A DNA stretch of 32,000 bases from Acidothermus cellulolyticus 11B (GTDB lineage Bacteria > Actinomycetota > Actinomycetes > Acidothermales > Acidothermaceae), in the NCBI RefSeq assembly GCF_000015025.1, contig NC_008578.1, positions 2,070,001-2,102,000 of the forward strand. The letters are read 5' to 3'. Made by a program: the position numbers and the translations under genes. This document shows, piece after piece, positions 25,236 to 32,000 of the stretch. Positions within the stretch are counted from its first letter, which is position 1; each line of letters begins with the position of its first letter. Below the pieces are notes generated by a model. The model saw only the letters and a list, made by a program, of their open reading frames with translations, searched no databases and was not told the origin of the DNA.

Positions 25236-26818
25236 GCCTCCTCCCCGAGGATTTCTTCCTCCGACTTCGTCAGGTGTTCGCTGCGGCCCCGCATGAAGTA
25301 GTGGCGACCCTTGAGCCGCCAGGTGACCCAGGAGAAGAGTGCCACAATGGCAACGGCGATCGGGGCGTAATTGAACGAATTCACTGTGATCGGTTTCGTC
25401 GGCGGCAGCATGAACAGGATGATGATGAACGCGACCCAGATGACGGCCAGCCAACCGACCAACGGGCTCCACCGACCGAGATTCCACGGCCCGGGCTCGA
25501 AGTTGGGATTGAGCCGCCGCAGGAGCACCGGGGTCACATACCCGATGTACAGGCCGATGACCGCAATCGACGTGCACGCCAAGTACGCCGTTGTGCTGAA
25601 GAGTGCGGGGGCGGCGAGAATTGCCGAGCAGGCCCAGCAGAGCCAGATGGAGTTGGTCGGCGTGCCGGTCCGCGGATTCACCTTCGACCAGACCCGGGAG
25701 AACGGAAGTGCGTTATCGCGGCTGAACGCGAACGCCATCCGGGAGTTTGCGGTTACCGAGGCCATACCGCAGAAGAATTGCGCCATCGCAGCAATGAAGA
25801 GCAGGAAAACTCCGGTGTTCTGGCCGACCGCGTCGATGTAGATCTGGGCCGGCGGCAGACCGGTCGCCGTCTTCATCTCGGCTTCGTAATTCTGGATCGC
25901 CGCCGTCGTCGCCACGAGAAGCACCCACCCTCCGAGAATCGACACCCAGATGCTGTGAATGATTCCCTTCGCGGCGGCACGGGCGGCATTTCTGGTCTCC
26001 TCGGACACGTGCGCGGACGCGTCGAAACCGGTGTAGGTGTACTGCGCCATGAGGAGGCCGATGAGGAAGACGTAAATCGGTACGCCCCAACCGGAGTAGT
26101 TCTTGAACGCCGTGAACGTCCACGAGAGCGACTGGTGGTGTTTGGGTACGAAAGCGAGAACCGCAGCGATGATGGCGGCGCCGAAAACATGCCACCATGC
26201 GCTGACGTTGAGCAGGAGCCGCACCAGGTCCACGCCAAACGTGTTCAACAGGCCGTGCAAGGTGAGGATGATGAGAAAGGTGATGTACGTGCGCGTCTGC
26301 GTTACTTCCAGTCCCGTTGTCAAATTGAAGAACGCCAACCAGGTCGTCGCGCAGCCGTAGTCGATCGCCGCGGTCACCGCGAATTCCCCGAGGAAGTTGT
26401 ACCAACCGGTGAACCAGGCCCATTGCCGCTTGTTCTTACGCGCAAGCCGTGCCGCCCAGAAGTACAGTCCTCCCGCTGTGGGATACGCCGAACAGATTTC
26501 AGCCATGCCCATTCCGACCAGGAGAACGAAGACACCGACGAGCGGCCAACCGATGCTGATGGCGATCGGGCCGCCGGAAACCATGGCGATCCCGTACGAC
26601 GTGATCGCACCGGCAAGGATTGAGATGATGGAAAACGAGATGGCGAAGTTCGAGAAACCGCTCAACCGACGGTGCAATTCCTGTTTGTACCCCAGCTCGG
26701 CGAGCCGCCTGGCATCGTCGTCGAGCTCGATTGCGCTGCGTACCTCGCTCACGCCCACCTCCGGATGGGTTACGCCCGATTGCCCGGGCGAATGGTCTTG
26801 TGGTGTGCCATAACTCAC
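25232..26818 (-). CDS. APC-superfamily amino acid/amine permease
   Basis: ORF 25232..26818 with a GTG start. About 12 predicted hydrophobic segments. The N-terminal motif LGYKQELHRRLSGFSNFAISFSIISILAG is typical of APC permeases. Confidence 0.85.
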   Translation of the reverse strand: MSYGTPQDHSPGQSGVTHPEVGVSEVRSAIELDDDARRLAELGYKQELHRRLSGFSNFAISFSIISILAGAITSYGIAMVSGGPIAISIGWPLVGVFVLLVGMGMAEICSAYPTAGGLYFWAARLARKNKRQWAWFTGWYNFLGEFAVTAAIDYGCATTWLAFFNLTTGLEVTQTRTYITFLIILTLHGLLNTFGVDLVRLLLNVSAWWHVFGAAIIAAVLAFVPKHHQSLSWTFTAFKNYSGWGVPIYVFLIGLLMAQYTYTGFDASAHVSEETRNAARAAAKGIIHSIWVSILGGWVLLVATTAAIQNYEAEMKTATGLPPAQIYIDAVGQNTGVFLLFIAAMAQFFCGMASVTANSRMAFAFSRDNALPFSRVWSKVNPRTGTPTNSIWLCWACSAILAAPALFSTTAYLACTSIAVIGLYIGYVTPVLLRRLNPNFEPGPWNLGRWSPLVGWLAVIWVAFIIILFMLPPTKPITVNSFNYAPIAVAIVALFSWVTWRLKGRHYFMRGRSEHLTKSEEEILGEEA

Positions 26819-26837
26819 ACACGCCGAGTTGGGCAGG

Positions 26838-26878
26838 ATCGTACTTCGCGCGTGACTGACCCGTCAATGGTCTGATAC
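26838..26878 (-). promoter_or_regulatory. Predicted promoter of the permease operon with an overlapping operator-like motif
   Basis: On the minus strand: TTGACG (26867..26862), an 18-nt spacer, then TACGAT (26843..26838), 19 nt before GTG 26818. The motif AATGGTCTGATAC (26866..26878, + strand) overlaps the -35 element. It lies in the most AT-rich patch of this intergenic region. Confidence 0.35.
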
Positions 26879-27138
26879 TGATCCGTTATTTTTCGGCTGG
26901 ACGCCCACGTGTCGGGGTCAGCGTGGCGGTGTCGGGAGGTCGCGGTAGTCGGCGGTGAGCCACAATCCCCACAGAGTCCCCAAATGGCGGCGAAACTACG
27001 GGCGACCGGCCGGCTGCCGGCACCAACGACCGGTCACCGGCGGGCGTCCGCGGGCACCGAGCACGGTCCGTAATGGTCTGGAAACATACCGGATGTTCGG
27101 TGCGAGCGACTCGGCGACGATCCGGGCGTTTGCAGCGG

Positions 27139-28008
27139 TCAGGATCGGAAACCCATCTCGCGCTGCGTCCGCGGCCGGCTCGCCAGGAAGACCGCCCCAA
27201 CGACGGGCGGAGACGCAACGTCCACCGCACCGGTGGCCGCAACGAAGCGCTGACGAATCCGCGGGTGGTCGAAGACCGCGCCGTACATCGCAACCGGCAA
27301 CTCGCCGAGGCGGGCGGTGATGGCCCGAACGTGTGCGATGAGGTCGTCGGCGGCTTCGTCGAGAATCTCCGCGACGATGGGATCGGCATCCAGCGCCATG
27401 ACCGTCGTCGCGACCCGGGCCACCACCCCGGGATCGGCTGCATTCTCGGTAACCCGCATCATCACGGTCTCAAGGTCGGCGCCATACGCTTCGCTGATAG
27501 CCCGCTCAAGCGCATGGGACTTCGGTCCTCGACCATCGAGTGACCGCATCGCCCGGCGAAGCGCCTGCGACGCGATCCAGTAGTGACTCCCCTCGTCGCC
27601 GATGACATGCCCAAAACCACCGGCGCGGGCCACCCGGCCGGCGGCGTCCCGCCCAAACGAATTCGACCCGGTATGTGCAATGACGACAATGCCGGGTCCG
27701 CCGTTGAAGGCGCCAAGTTGCGCCACCTCCGTGTCGTCACCGACCACCGTGGTGACGCCCGTCTTCGCCCGCAGCTGCATCTCGAGCAGCTGGGCTTCCC
27801 GCTGGCTTCGCAGGCCGGCCAGGCCGAGTCCCGCCGCGCCCGCGCCTGACTCCTTAATCAACTTGGCAAGCCGGTCGAATGCCGATGCATCCAGCAGCAC
27901 GTTCAGTGGTCCCTCGGTGAAACGGGCCACCACCTCGCCGTCCTCGACGAGGACGGCCTGCGTGCCTACCCCGGTCGCCTCGACACCAAGGATGGAAACG
28001 CTGCTCAT
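27139..28008 (-). CDS. BadF/BadG/BcrA/BcrD-type ATPase (N-acetylglucosamine-kinase-like sugar kinase family)
   Basis: This is the C-terminal 289 codons of track ORF 27139..28374. ATG 28008 is preceded by GGGGAG. Motifs IVVIAHTGSNSFG and GGFGHVIGDEGSHYWIA. The N-terminal phosphate-1 motif is degenerate (ILGVEATGVGTQ instead of GxDGGGTKT). Confidence 0.7.
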   Translation of the reverse strand: MSSVSILGVEATGVGTQAVLVEDGEVVARFTEGPLNVLLDASAFDRLAKLIKESGAGAAGLGLAGLRSQREAQLLEMQLRAKTGVTTVVGDDTEVAQLGAFNGGPGIVVIAHTGSNSFGRDAAGRVARAGGFGHVIGDEGSHYWIASQALRRAMRSLDGRGPKSHALERAISEAYGADLETVMMRVTENAADPGVVARVATTVMALDADPIVAEILDEAADDLIAHVRAITARLGELPVAMYGAVFDHPRIRQRFVAATGAVDVASPPVVGAVFLASRPRTQREMGFRS

Positions 28009-28086
28009 GATCGCTCCCCGGTTGGCAACGCCGTCGCGCGATTGCAAACGGCCACTATCTCCTCGGCGTTTTCCCGTCGGTGGGTT

Positions 28087-28102
28087 AGTGGTCTGTACCG
28101 AT
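28087..28102. promoter_or_regulatory. DasR-responsive-element-like (GntR/HutC-type) box upstream of the BadF-type kinase gene
   Basis: AGTGGTCTGTACCGAT matches the Streptomyces dre consensus A(G/C)TGGTCTAGACCA(G/C)T at 12 of 16 positions. It contains the GGT-n4-ACC inverted core and lies 79 nt upstream of ATG 28008. Confidence 0.3.
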
Positions 28103-28115
28103 CCGCAACACACCA

Positions 28116-28149
28116 CCGGCCGGACGCCGCCCCCGGTCGGACGCCGCCC
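28116..28149. repeat. 17-bp tandem direct repeat in a GC-rich spacer
   Basis: ccggccggacgccgccc (28116..28132) is followed directly by ccggtcggacgccgccc (28133..28149), 16/17 identical. Confidence 0.8.
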
Positions 28150-28279
28150 AGCGCGCCCGCGCTCGCGCCCTCGGCCCGAACCGACTGCCGGCCCAGCCAG
28201 AGCGGCCTCCGCCCACCGCACCCAGCCCGGACCGCGCCCACCGCGCCCGGCTCGGCCGAACCGGCCTGCGCCTGCCCGC

Positions 28280-29389
28280 CTACCCGGCCGCACCGAGGCG
28301 CTGGACCGCAGCGGCGATCCGTTCGTCGGTCGCAGTGAGCGCGACGCGGACGTGGCGGCGGCCGGCCGGCCCATAGAACGCGCCGGGAGCGACGAGAATC
28401 CCGCGCTCGGCGAACCACTCGACCGTCCGCCAGCACTCTTCTCCCCGCGTCACCCACAAATAGAGCCCACCCTCGGAGTGCTCGACGGTCATGCCGGCCG
28501 CCTCAAGGGCCTGCCACAGGGCCGCGCGGCGTCGCCGGTACCGCAGGCGCTGCTCGTCGACATGCGTGTCATCGCGCAGGGCGGCCGCCATCGCAGCCTG
28601 CACCGGGGCCGGAACCATCATCCCGGCGTGTTTGCGCACCTCCAGCAGCCGCCCGACCAACTGTGGATCACCAGCAACGAAACCCGCCCGGTAACCGGCC
28701 ATATTGGACCGCTTCGACAACGAATGCACAGCAAGAATTCCGTCTGGACGTCCGCCGCAGACGTCGGGGTGCAGGATCGATGTCGGCGGTATTTCGGCGT
28801 CCCAGCCAAATTCGATGTAACACTCATCGCTGACCACAATGGTGCCCCGCTCCCGGCACCAGTCGACTATTTTCCGCAGATGTACGGCGGGCAGCACACG
28901 GCCGGTGGGATTTGCCGGCGAATTCACCCAGAGCAGCGCGAGCCGCGCCGGCCCCACATCCACCGTTCCGTCAACGGCGACCGGTTGCGCGCCGGCAAGC
29001 TGCGCGCCGACGGCGTACGTCGGATACGCAAGTGCAGGGATTCCGACGCGGTCCCCCGGTCCGGCGCCCAGCAACATCGGCAGCCATGCAATGAATTCTT
29101 TTGCTCCGATGAGCGGCAGGACAGCCGCCGGATCCGCGTGACATACACCAAGCCGTCGCGCCATCCATTCGGCGGCTGCTTCCCGGAGAGCCGTCGTGCC
29201 GTAAGTAGCCGGATAACCGGGTGAGTCGCCGGCCTCGGCGAGAGCGGTCCGGACGACGGCCGGCACCGGGTCGACAGGGGTGCCTACCGAAAGGTCGACG
29301 ACACCGTCCGGGTGCCCGCGCGCCCGGTCAGCGTACGGCGCGAGCGTGTCCCACGGGAAATCCGGCAGGTCGAGACGTCGCAGGGTCAG
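28280..29389 (-). CDS. PLP-dependent aminotransferase class I/II (succinyldiaminopimelate aminotransferase DapC-like, Rv1178-type)
   Basis: Track ORF 28280..29266 starts at GTG. The same frame stays open upstream to 29395 and encodes [41 protein letters not shown], the conserved N-terminus of this family. Motifs [10 protein letters not shown] and [14 protein letters not shown] (PLP lysine). The 5' end is set at CTG 29389; 29266 is the conservative alternative. Confidence 0.8.
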   Translation of the reverse strand: MTLRRLDLPDFPWDTLAPYADRARGHPDGVVDLSVGTPVDPVPAVVRTALAEAGDSPGYPATYGTTALREAAAEWMARRLGVCHADPAAVLPLIGAKEFIAWLPMLLGAGPGDRVGIPALAYPTYAVGAQLAGAQPVAVDGTVDVGPARLALLWVNSPANPTGRVLPAVHLRKIVDWCRERGTIVVSDECYIEFGWDAEIPPTSILHPDVCGGRPDGILAVHSLSKRSNMAGYRAGFVAGDPQLVGRLLEVRKHAGMMVPAPVQAAMAAALRDDTHVDEQRLRYRRRRAALWQALEAAGMTVEHSEGGLYLWVTRGEECWRTVEWFAERGILVAPGAFYGPAGRRHVRVALTATDERIAAAVQRLGAAG

Positions 29390-29712
29390 CCCGCCTCACC
29401 CTGCGGGGGCAGCGCAGCGACGATCGGATGGTCGTGATCAATGACGCCGACTTTCGAGGCACCGCCGGGTGAACCGAGGTCCTCGAAGAATTCGACGTTC
29501 ACCTTGTAGTAGTCCTTCCACTGGTCGGGAAGGTCGTCCTCGTAAAAGATCGCTTCAACCGGGCAGACGGGCTCGCATGCACCGCAGTCGACGCATTCGT
29601 CGGGGTGGATGTACAGCATGCGCTGCCCCTCGTAAATGCAGTCGACCGGGCATTCGTCGACGCACGCCCGGTCTTTCACGTCGACGCAAGGCTGGGCGAT
29701 GATGTACGTCAC
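29386..29712 (-). CDS. 7Fe ferredoxin ([3Fe-4S][4Fe-4S], FdxA/FdxC type)
   Basis: This is the C-terminal 108 codons of track ORF 29386..30090. GTG 29712 is preceded by AGGAGGA. Sequence: [61 protein letters not shown]. Confidence 0.9.
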   Translation of the reverse strand: MTYIIAQPCVDVKDRACVDECPVDCIYEGQRMLYIHPDECVDCGACEPVCPVEAIFYEDDLPDQWKDYYKVNVEFFEDLGSPGGASKVGVIDHDHPIVAALPPQGEAG

Positions 29713-29854
29713 CGCAATTCCTCCTGACCTAGCCCGCCTGCCGGTTCGCCATGTCGTCGAACCGGCCGCCTCTTCGGCGACAGACGCCCGCCACCCGTTC
29801 CGGCCACGTCTCCGGAGACAGGGCGCAACCGCGCGGCAGGCGACGGCACCTAGT

Positions 29855-30892
29855 ATGCACGGCGTGAGCGAGCCAGCCGGCGCCGGTTCGCCGCTGCAAC
29901 CCACCGACGTCGGATCCCGGGTCAGCATCCGCTTTCGCCGGGACGACGGCCTGCTGGCTGATGTGGTCGGCGATCTCGTCGCGCTTGACGACACCGAGCT
30001 GCGGCTCCGGCGTCGCGACGGGGCGGTGATCACTGTGCCGAGGACGCTGGTGCTGGCAACCCGCCGGGTGCCGGCGAGCATGCGCGACATCCTTGCGCTC
30101 GAGGAACTCAGCGGTCGGACCTGGCCGGCCCGCCACGAGACCTGGCTCGGCCGCTGGTGGTTGCGGGCAGCCGGCGGTTTCAGCGCACGGGCGGACGCGT
30201 CGCGCCTGCTCGGCGACCCGGACCGGCCGGTGGCGGAAGCGTTCGACGCCGTACGGGCCTGGTACCGGGATCACGGAGTGGAGCCGCAACTGCGGCTCGT
30301 GGCGGGGAGCCGGTTCGAGGCGGCTGCGGCCGCTGCGGGTTTTCGGCCGGCGACGACGATCCTCGTCCTCGCCGCGCCGATCGCGAGGGTCCGGAGCCGG
30401 ATCGCGGAACGTTCCGCCCGCTTCGGCGGCTGGGCGGAGCCGGACGCGGGCGGGCGCGTCGGCGTGGTTCGCACAGCCGTCGTGCGGCTCGAGTCTCGAC
30501 CGTGGCCCGGCTGGCTCGCGATGTTCAGGGGCGGCACGGCGTCGCATGCTGCTGACCTGCTCGCCACCCCTCGTCAGGTGGTATTCGCCGCGGTCGAGCA
30601 CGCCGGCGACGTGCTGGCGATTGGACGCGGCGCACGGGACGAGGACTGGGTGGAGCTCAGTGCCGTTGAGGTTCGGCCCACCGCTCGACGTCAAGGTCTC
30701 GCACACCGGATCATCGATGCGATCCTCGGATGGGCCGGCGGTCTCGGCGCATTGCGGGTCTTTCTCGAAGTTGCCGAAGCCAACGGCCCGGCCCGCTCGC
30801 TGTACGCCCAACTCGGGTTCACCGAACATCACCGGTACCGGTGGTGGAGACCGGCCGAGGGCGCGGACCAGCCGAAGATCGACGCCGGGTGA
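29855..30892 (+). CDS. GNAT-family N-acetyltransferase with an N-terminal extra domain
   Basis: The track ORF is 29636..30892, whose first part is antisense to the ferredoxin gene. I use ATG 29855. The C-terminal acetyl-CoA motif is [24 protein letters not shown]...[21 protein letters not shown]. Confidence 0.65.
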   Translation: MHGVSEPAGAGSPLQPTDVGSRVSIRFRRDDGLLADVVGDLVALDDTELRLRRRDGAVITVPRTLVLATRRVPASMRDILALEELSGRTWPARHETWLGRWWLRAAGGFSARADASRLLGDPDRPVAEAFDAVRAWYRDHGVEPQLRLVAGSRFEAAAAAAGFRPATTILVLAAPIARVRSRIAERSARFGGWAEPDAGGRVGVVRTAVVRLESRPWPGWLAMFRGGTASHAADLLATPRQVVFAAVEHAGDVLAIGRGARDEDWVELSAVEVRPTARRQGLAHRIIDAILGWAGGLGALRVFLEVAEANGPARSLYAQLGFTEHHRYRWWRPAEGADQPKIDAG

Positions 30893-30984
30893 GCCCCCGA
30901 CCGCCCGGCGGGAAGCCGAGGCCGCCGGCGACGGGAGATCGAACAGCCGAGATACCGCTGCGGCCGAGCGCCTAGGATGGGGGC

Positions 30985-32000
30985 GTGACCGAAGCTCCCC
31001 CGCTGCCCAAGCGCCGTGTCCTGCTCGCCCAGCCCCGCGGCTACTGCGCGGGTGTCGAGCGGGCGGTGGACACCGTGGAGAAGGCCCTCGAGTTGTACGG
31101 CCCGCCGGTGTACGTGCGCAAGCAGATCGTGCACAACAAGCACGTGGTCGCCGAGCTGGAAGCAAAGGGTGCGATTTTCGTTGAGGAAGCGGACGAAGTG
31201 CCCGAGGGGTCCATCGTCGTCCTCTCCGCGCACGGCGTAGCGCCCAGCGTGTACGAGCAGGCACGGCAGCGCCGGCTCAAGACGATCGATGCGACCTGCC
31301 CGCTCGTCACCAAGGTGCACCAGGAGGCGCGCCGCTTTGCCGAGCAGGGGTTGGAAATTCTGCTGATCGGGCACGCCAATCACGAGGAAGTCGTTGGGAC
31401 GACGGGCGAGGCGCCGTCGAGCATCACCCTCGTCGACGGTCCGGAGGAAGCCGAGCACGTCCAGGTGAAGGATCCGTCCCGAGTCGCCTGGTTGTCTCAA
31501 ACGACACTCTCGGTGGACGAAACTCTCCAGACGGTTGAGGTGCTGCGCCGGCGCTTTCCGCAACTCATCGACCCGCCAAGCGATGACATCTGCTACGCCA
31601 CGCAGAACCGACAGGCCGCGGTGAAGCGAATCGCGGCAATCGCGGATCTCGTCATCGTCGTGGGGTCGCGGAATTCGTCGAATTCCGCGCGCTTGGTCGA
31701 AGTGGCTCTGGACAGTGGGGCAAAAGCCAGTTACCTCGTCGACGACGCCAGTGAGATTGACGAACGCTGGCTGGACGGCGTCTGGACCGTCGGCGTCACG
31801 AGCGGGGCGTCGGTACCCGAATCACTCGTGACCGGCGTTCTGGCGTGGCTTGCCGAGCGAGGCTTCGACACCGTGGAAGAAATTGACGCCGAGCGGGAAA
31901 CGTTGGTCTTCGCTCTGCCGCCTGAGCTGCGCCGCGAATTGAAGGCACGCGGCGAGCCGCTCACCCGGAGTGCAACCGCCGGCGACCGGATGAACGCTGA
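30985..32000 (+). CDS. ispH: 4-hydroxy-3-methylbut-2-enyl diphosphate reductase; 3' end runs off the right edge
   Basis: Absent from the ORF track because there is no stop in the window. My translation from GTG 30985 gives [28 protein letters not shown]...LSAHGVAP...[12 protein letters not shown]...[13 protein letters not shown]...[11 protein letters not shown]...[15 protein letters not shown]...[17 protein letters not shown], with all three Fe-S Cys motifs of IspH/LytB. The - ORFs 29729..31264 and 30829..31563 are antisense shadows. Confidence 0.9.
   Translation, partial: MTEAPPLPKRRVLLAQPRGYCAGVERAVDTVEKALELYGPPVYVRKQIVHNKHVVAELEAKGAIFVEEADEVPEGSIVVLSAHGVAPSVYEQARQRRLKTIDATCPLVTKVHQEARRFAEQGLEILLIGHANHEEVVGTTGEAPSSITLVDGPEEAEHVQVKDPSRVAWLSQTTLSVDETLQTVEVLRRRFPQLIDPPSDDICYATQNRQAAVKRIAAIADLVIVVGSRNSSNSARLVEVALDSGAKASYLVDDASEIDERWLDGVWTVGVTSGASVPESLVTGVLAWLAERGFDTVEEIDAERETLVFALPPELRRELKARGEPLTRSATAGDRMNA

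Noticed and set aside
26995-27138. A protein-like reading (ARIVAESLAPNIRYVSRPLRTVLGARG) in a shifted minus frame just after the BadF stop, considered as a frameshifted C-terminal extension or gene remnant.
   Set aside because: There is no start codon or SD. It is short, and BadF already ends with a family-typical C-terminus, so the evidence is insufficient.
26886-27443. ORFs crossing the 260-bp gap between the permease and BadF genes (- 26886..27443, + 26955..27320, and a 29-codon + ORF from ATG 26984).
   Set aside because: Their composition is Arg/Pro-rich, there is no SD, and they overlap the BadF 3' end. The gap is better treated as non-coding and carrying AATGGTCT copy 3.
28042-28338. 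98-aa Pro/Ala-rich + ORF in the GC-rich spacer.
   Set aside because: It is a low-complexity translation of repeat DNA with no start context, and it overlaps the aminotransferase 3' end.
1-32000. Genomic island, mobile element, prophage or defence system.
   Set aside because: I saw no integrase, transposase, tRNA attachment site or flanking direct repeats, and no obvious compositional shift. Almost every gene has a housekeeping assignment and mycobacterial synteny.

Overview
High-GC (roughly 70%) actinobacterial chromosome segment, gene-dense and mostly transcribed on the minus strand. I call 35 protein-coding genes. Two are cut by the window edges and so are missing from the ORF track: sigE on the left and ispH on the right. 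There is also one tandem glycine riboswitch and several intergenic repeat or operator-like elements. I see no rRNA, tRNA, CRISPR, transposase, integrase or recognisable defence or toxin genes. The content is core metabolism and envelope signalling. From memory, gene order matches several mycobacterial blocks: Rv1220c-sigE; Rv1201c-Rv1211 (dapD, dapE, LOG, folP2, DivIVA-domain protein, tag, DUF3117); and Rv1177/Rv1178 (ferredoxin-aminotransferase). Main modules: (1) a translationally coupled response regulator, histidine kinase and small GerMN lipoprotein triad (a compact mtrAB-lpqB look-alike), divergent from an orphan STAS gene. (2) A dapD-dapE-LOG-LOG-YbaK chain. (3) gcvT-sdaA behind a tandem glycine riboswitch. 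(4) A six-gene operon of permease, FadR-type regulator, glutamine-synthetase-like ligase, aldehyde dehydrogenase, SDR and gamma-glutamyl hydrolase, which looks like gamma-glutamylation-type amine catabolism. (5) fdx plus a DapC-like aminotransferase. Observations worth follow-up: the uncharacterised three-component system; a 33-bp palindrome-bearing tandem repeat upstream of an Rv2466c-like CxxA thiol reductase; a clustered AATGGTCT / DasR-dre-like motif linking the amine operon to a BadF-type sugar kinase; a conserved aminotransferase N-terminus with no canonical start codon; and two divergent genes whose ATGs overlap in a CCATGG. I found no clearly novel multi-gene system such as a defence island. 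All family assignments come from motif recognition by eye, not from database searches.
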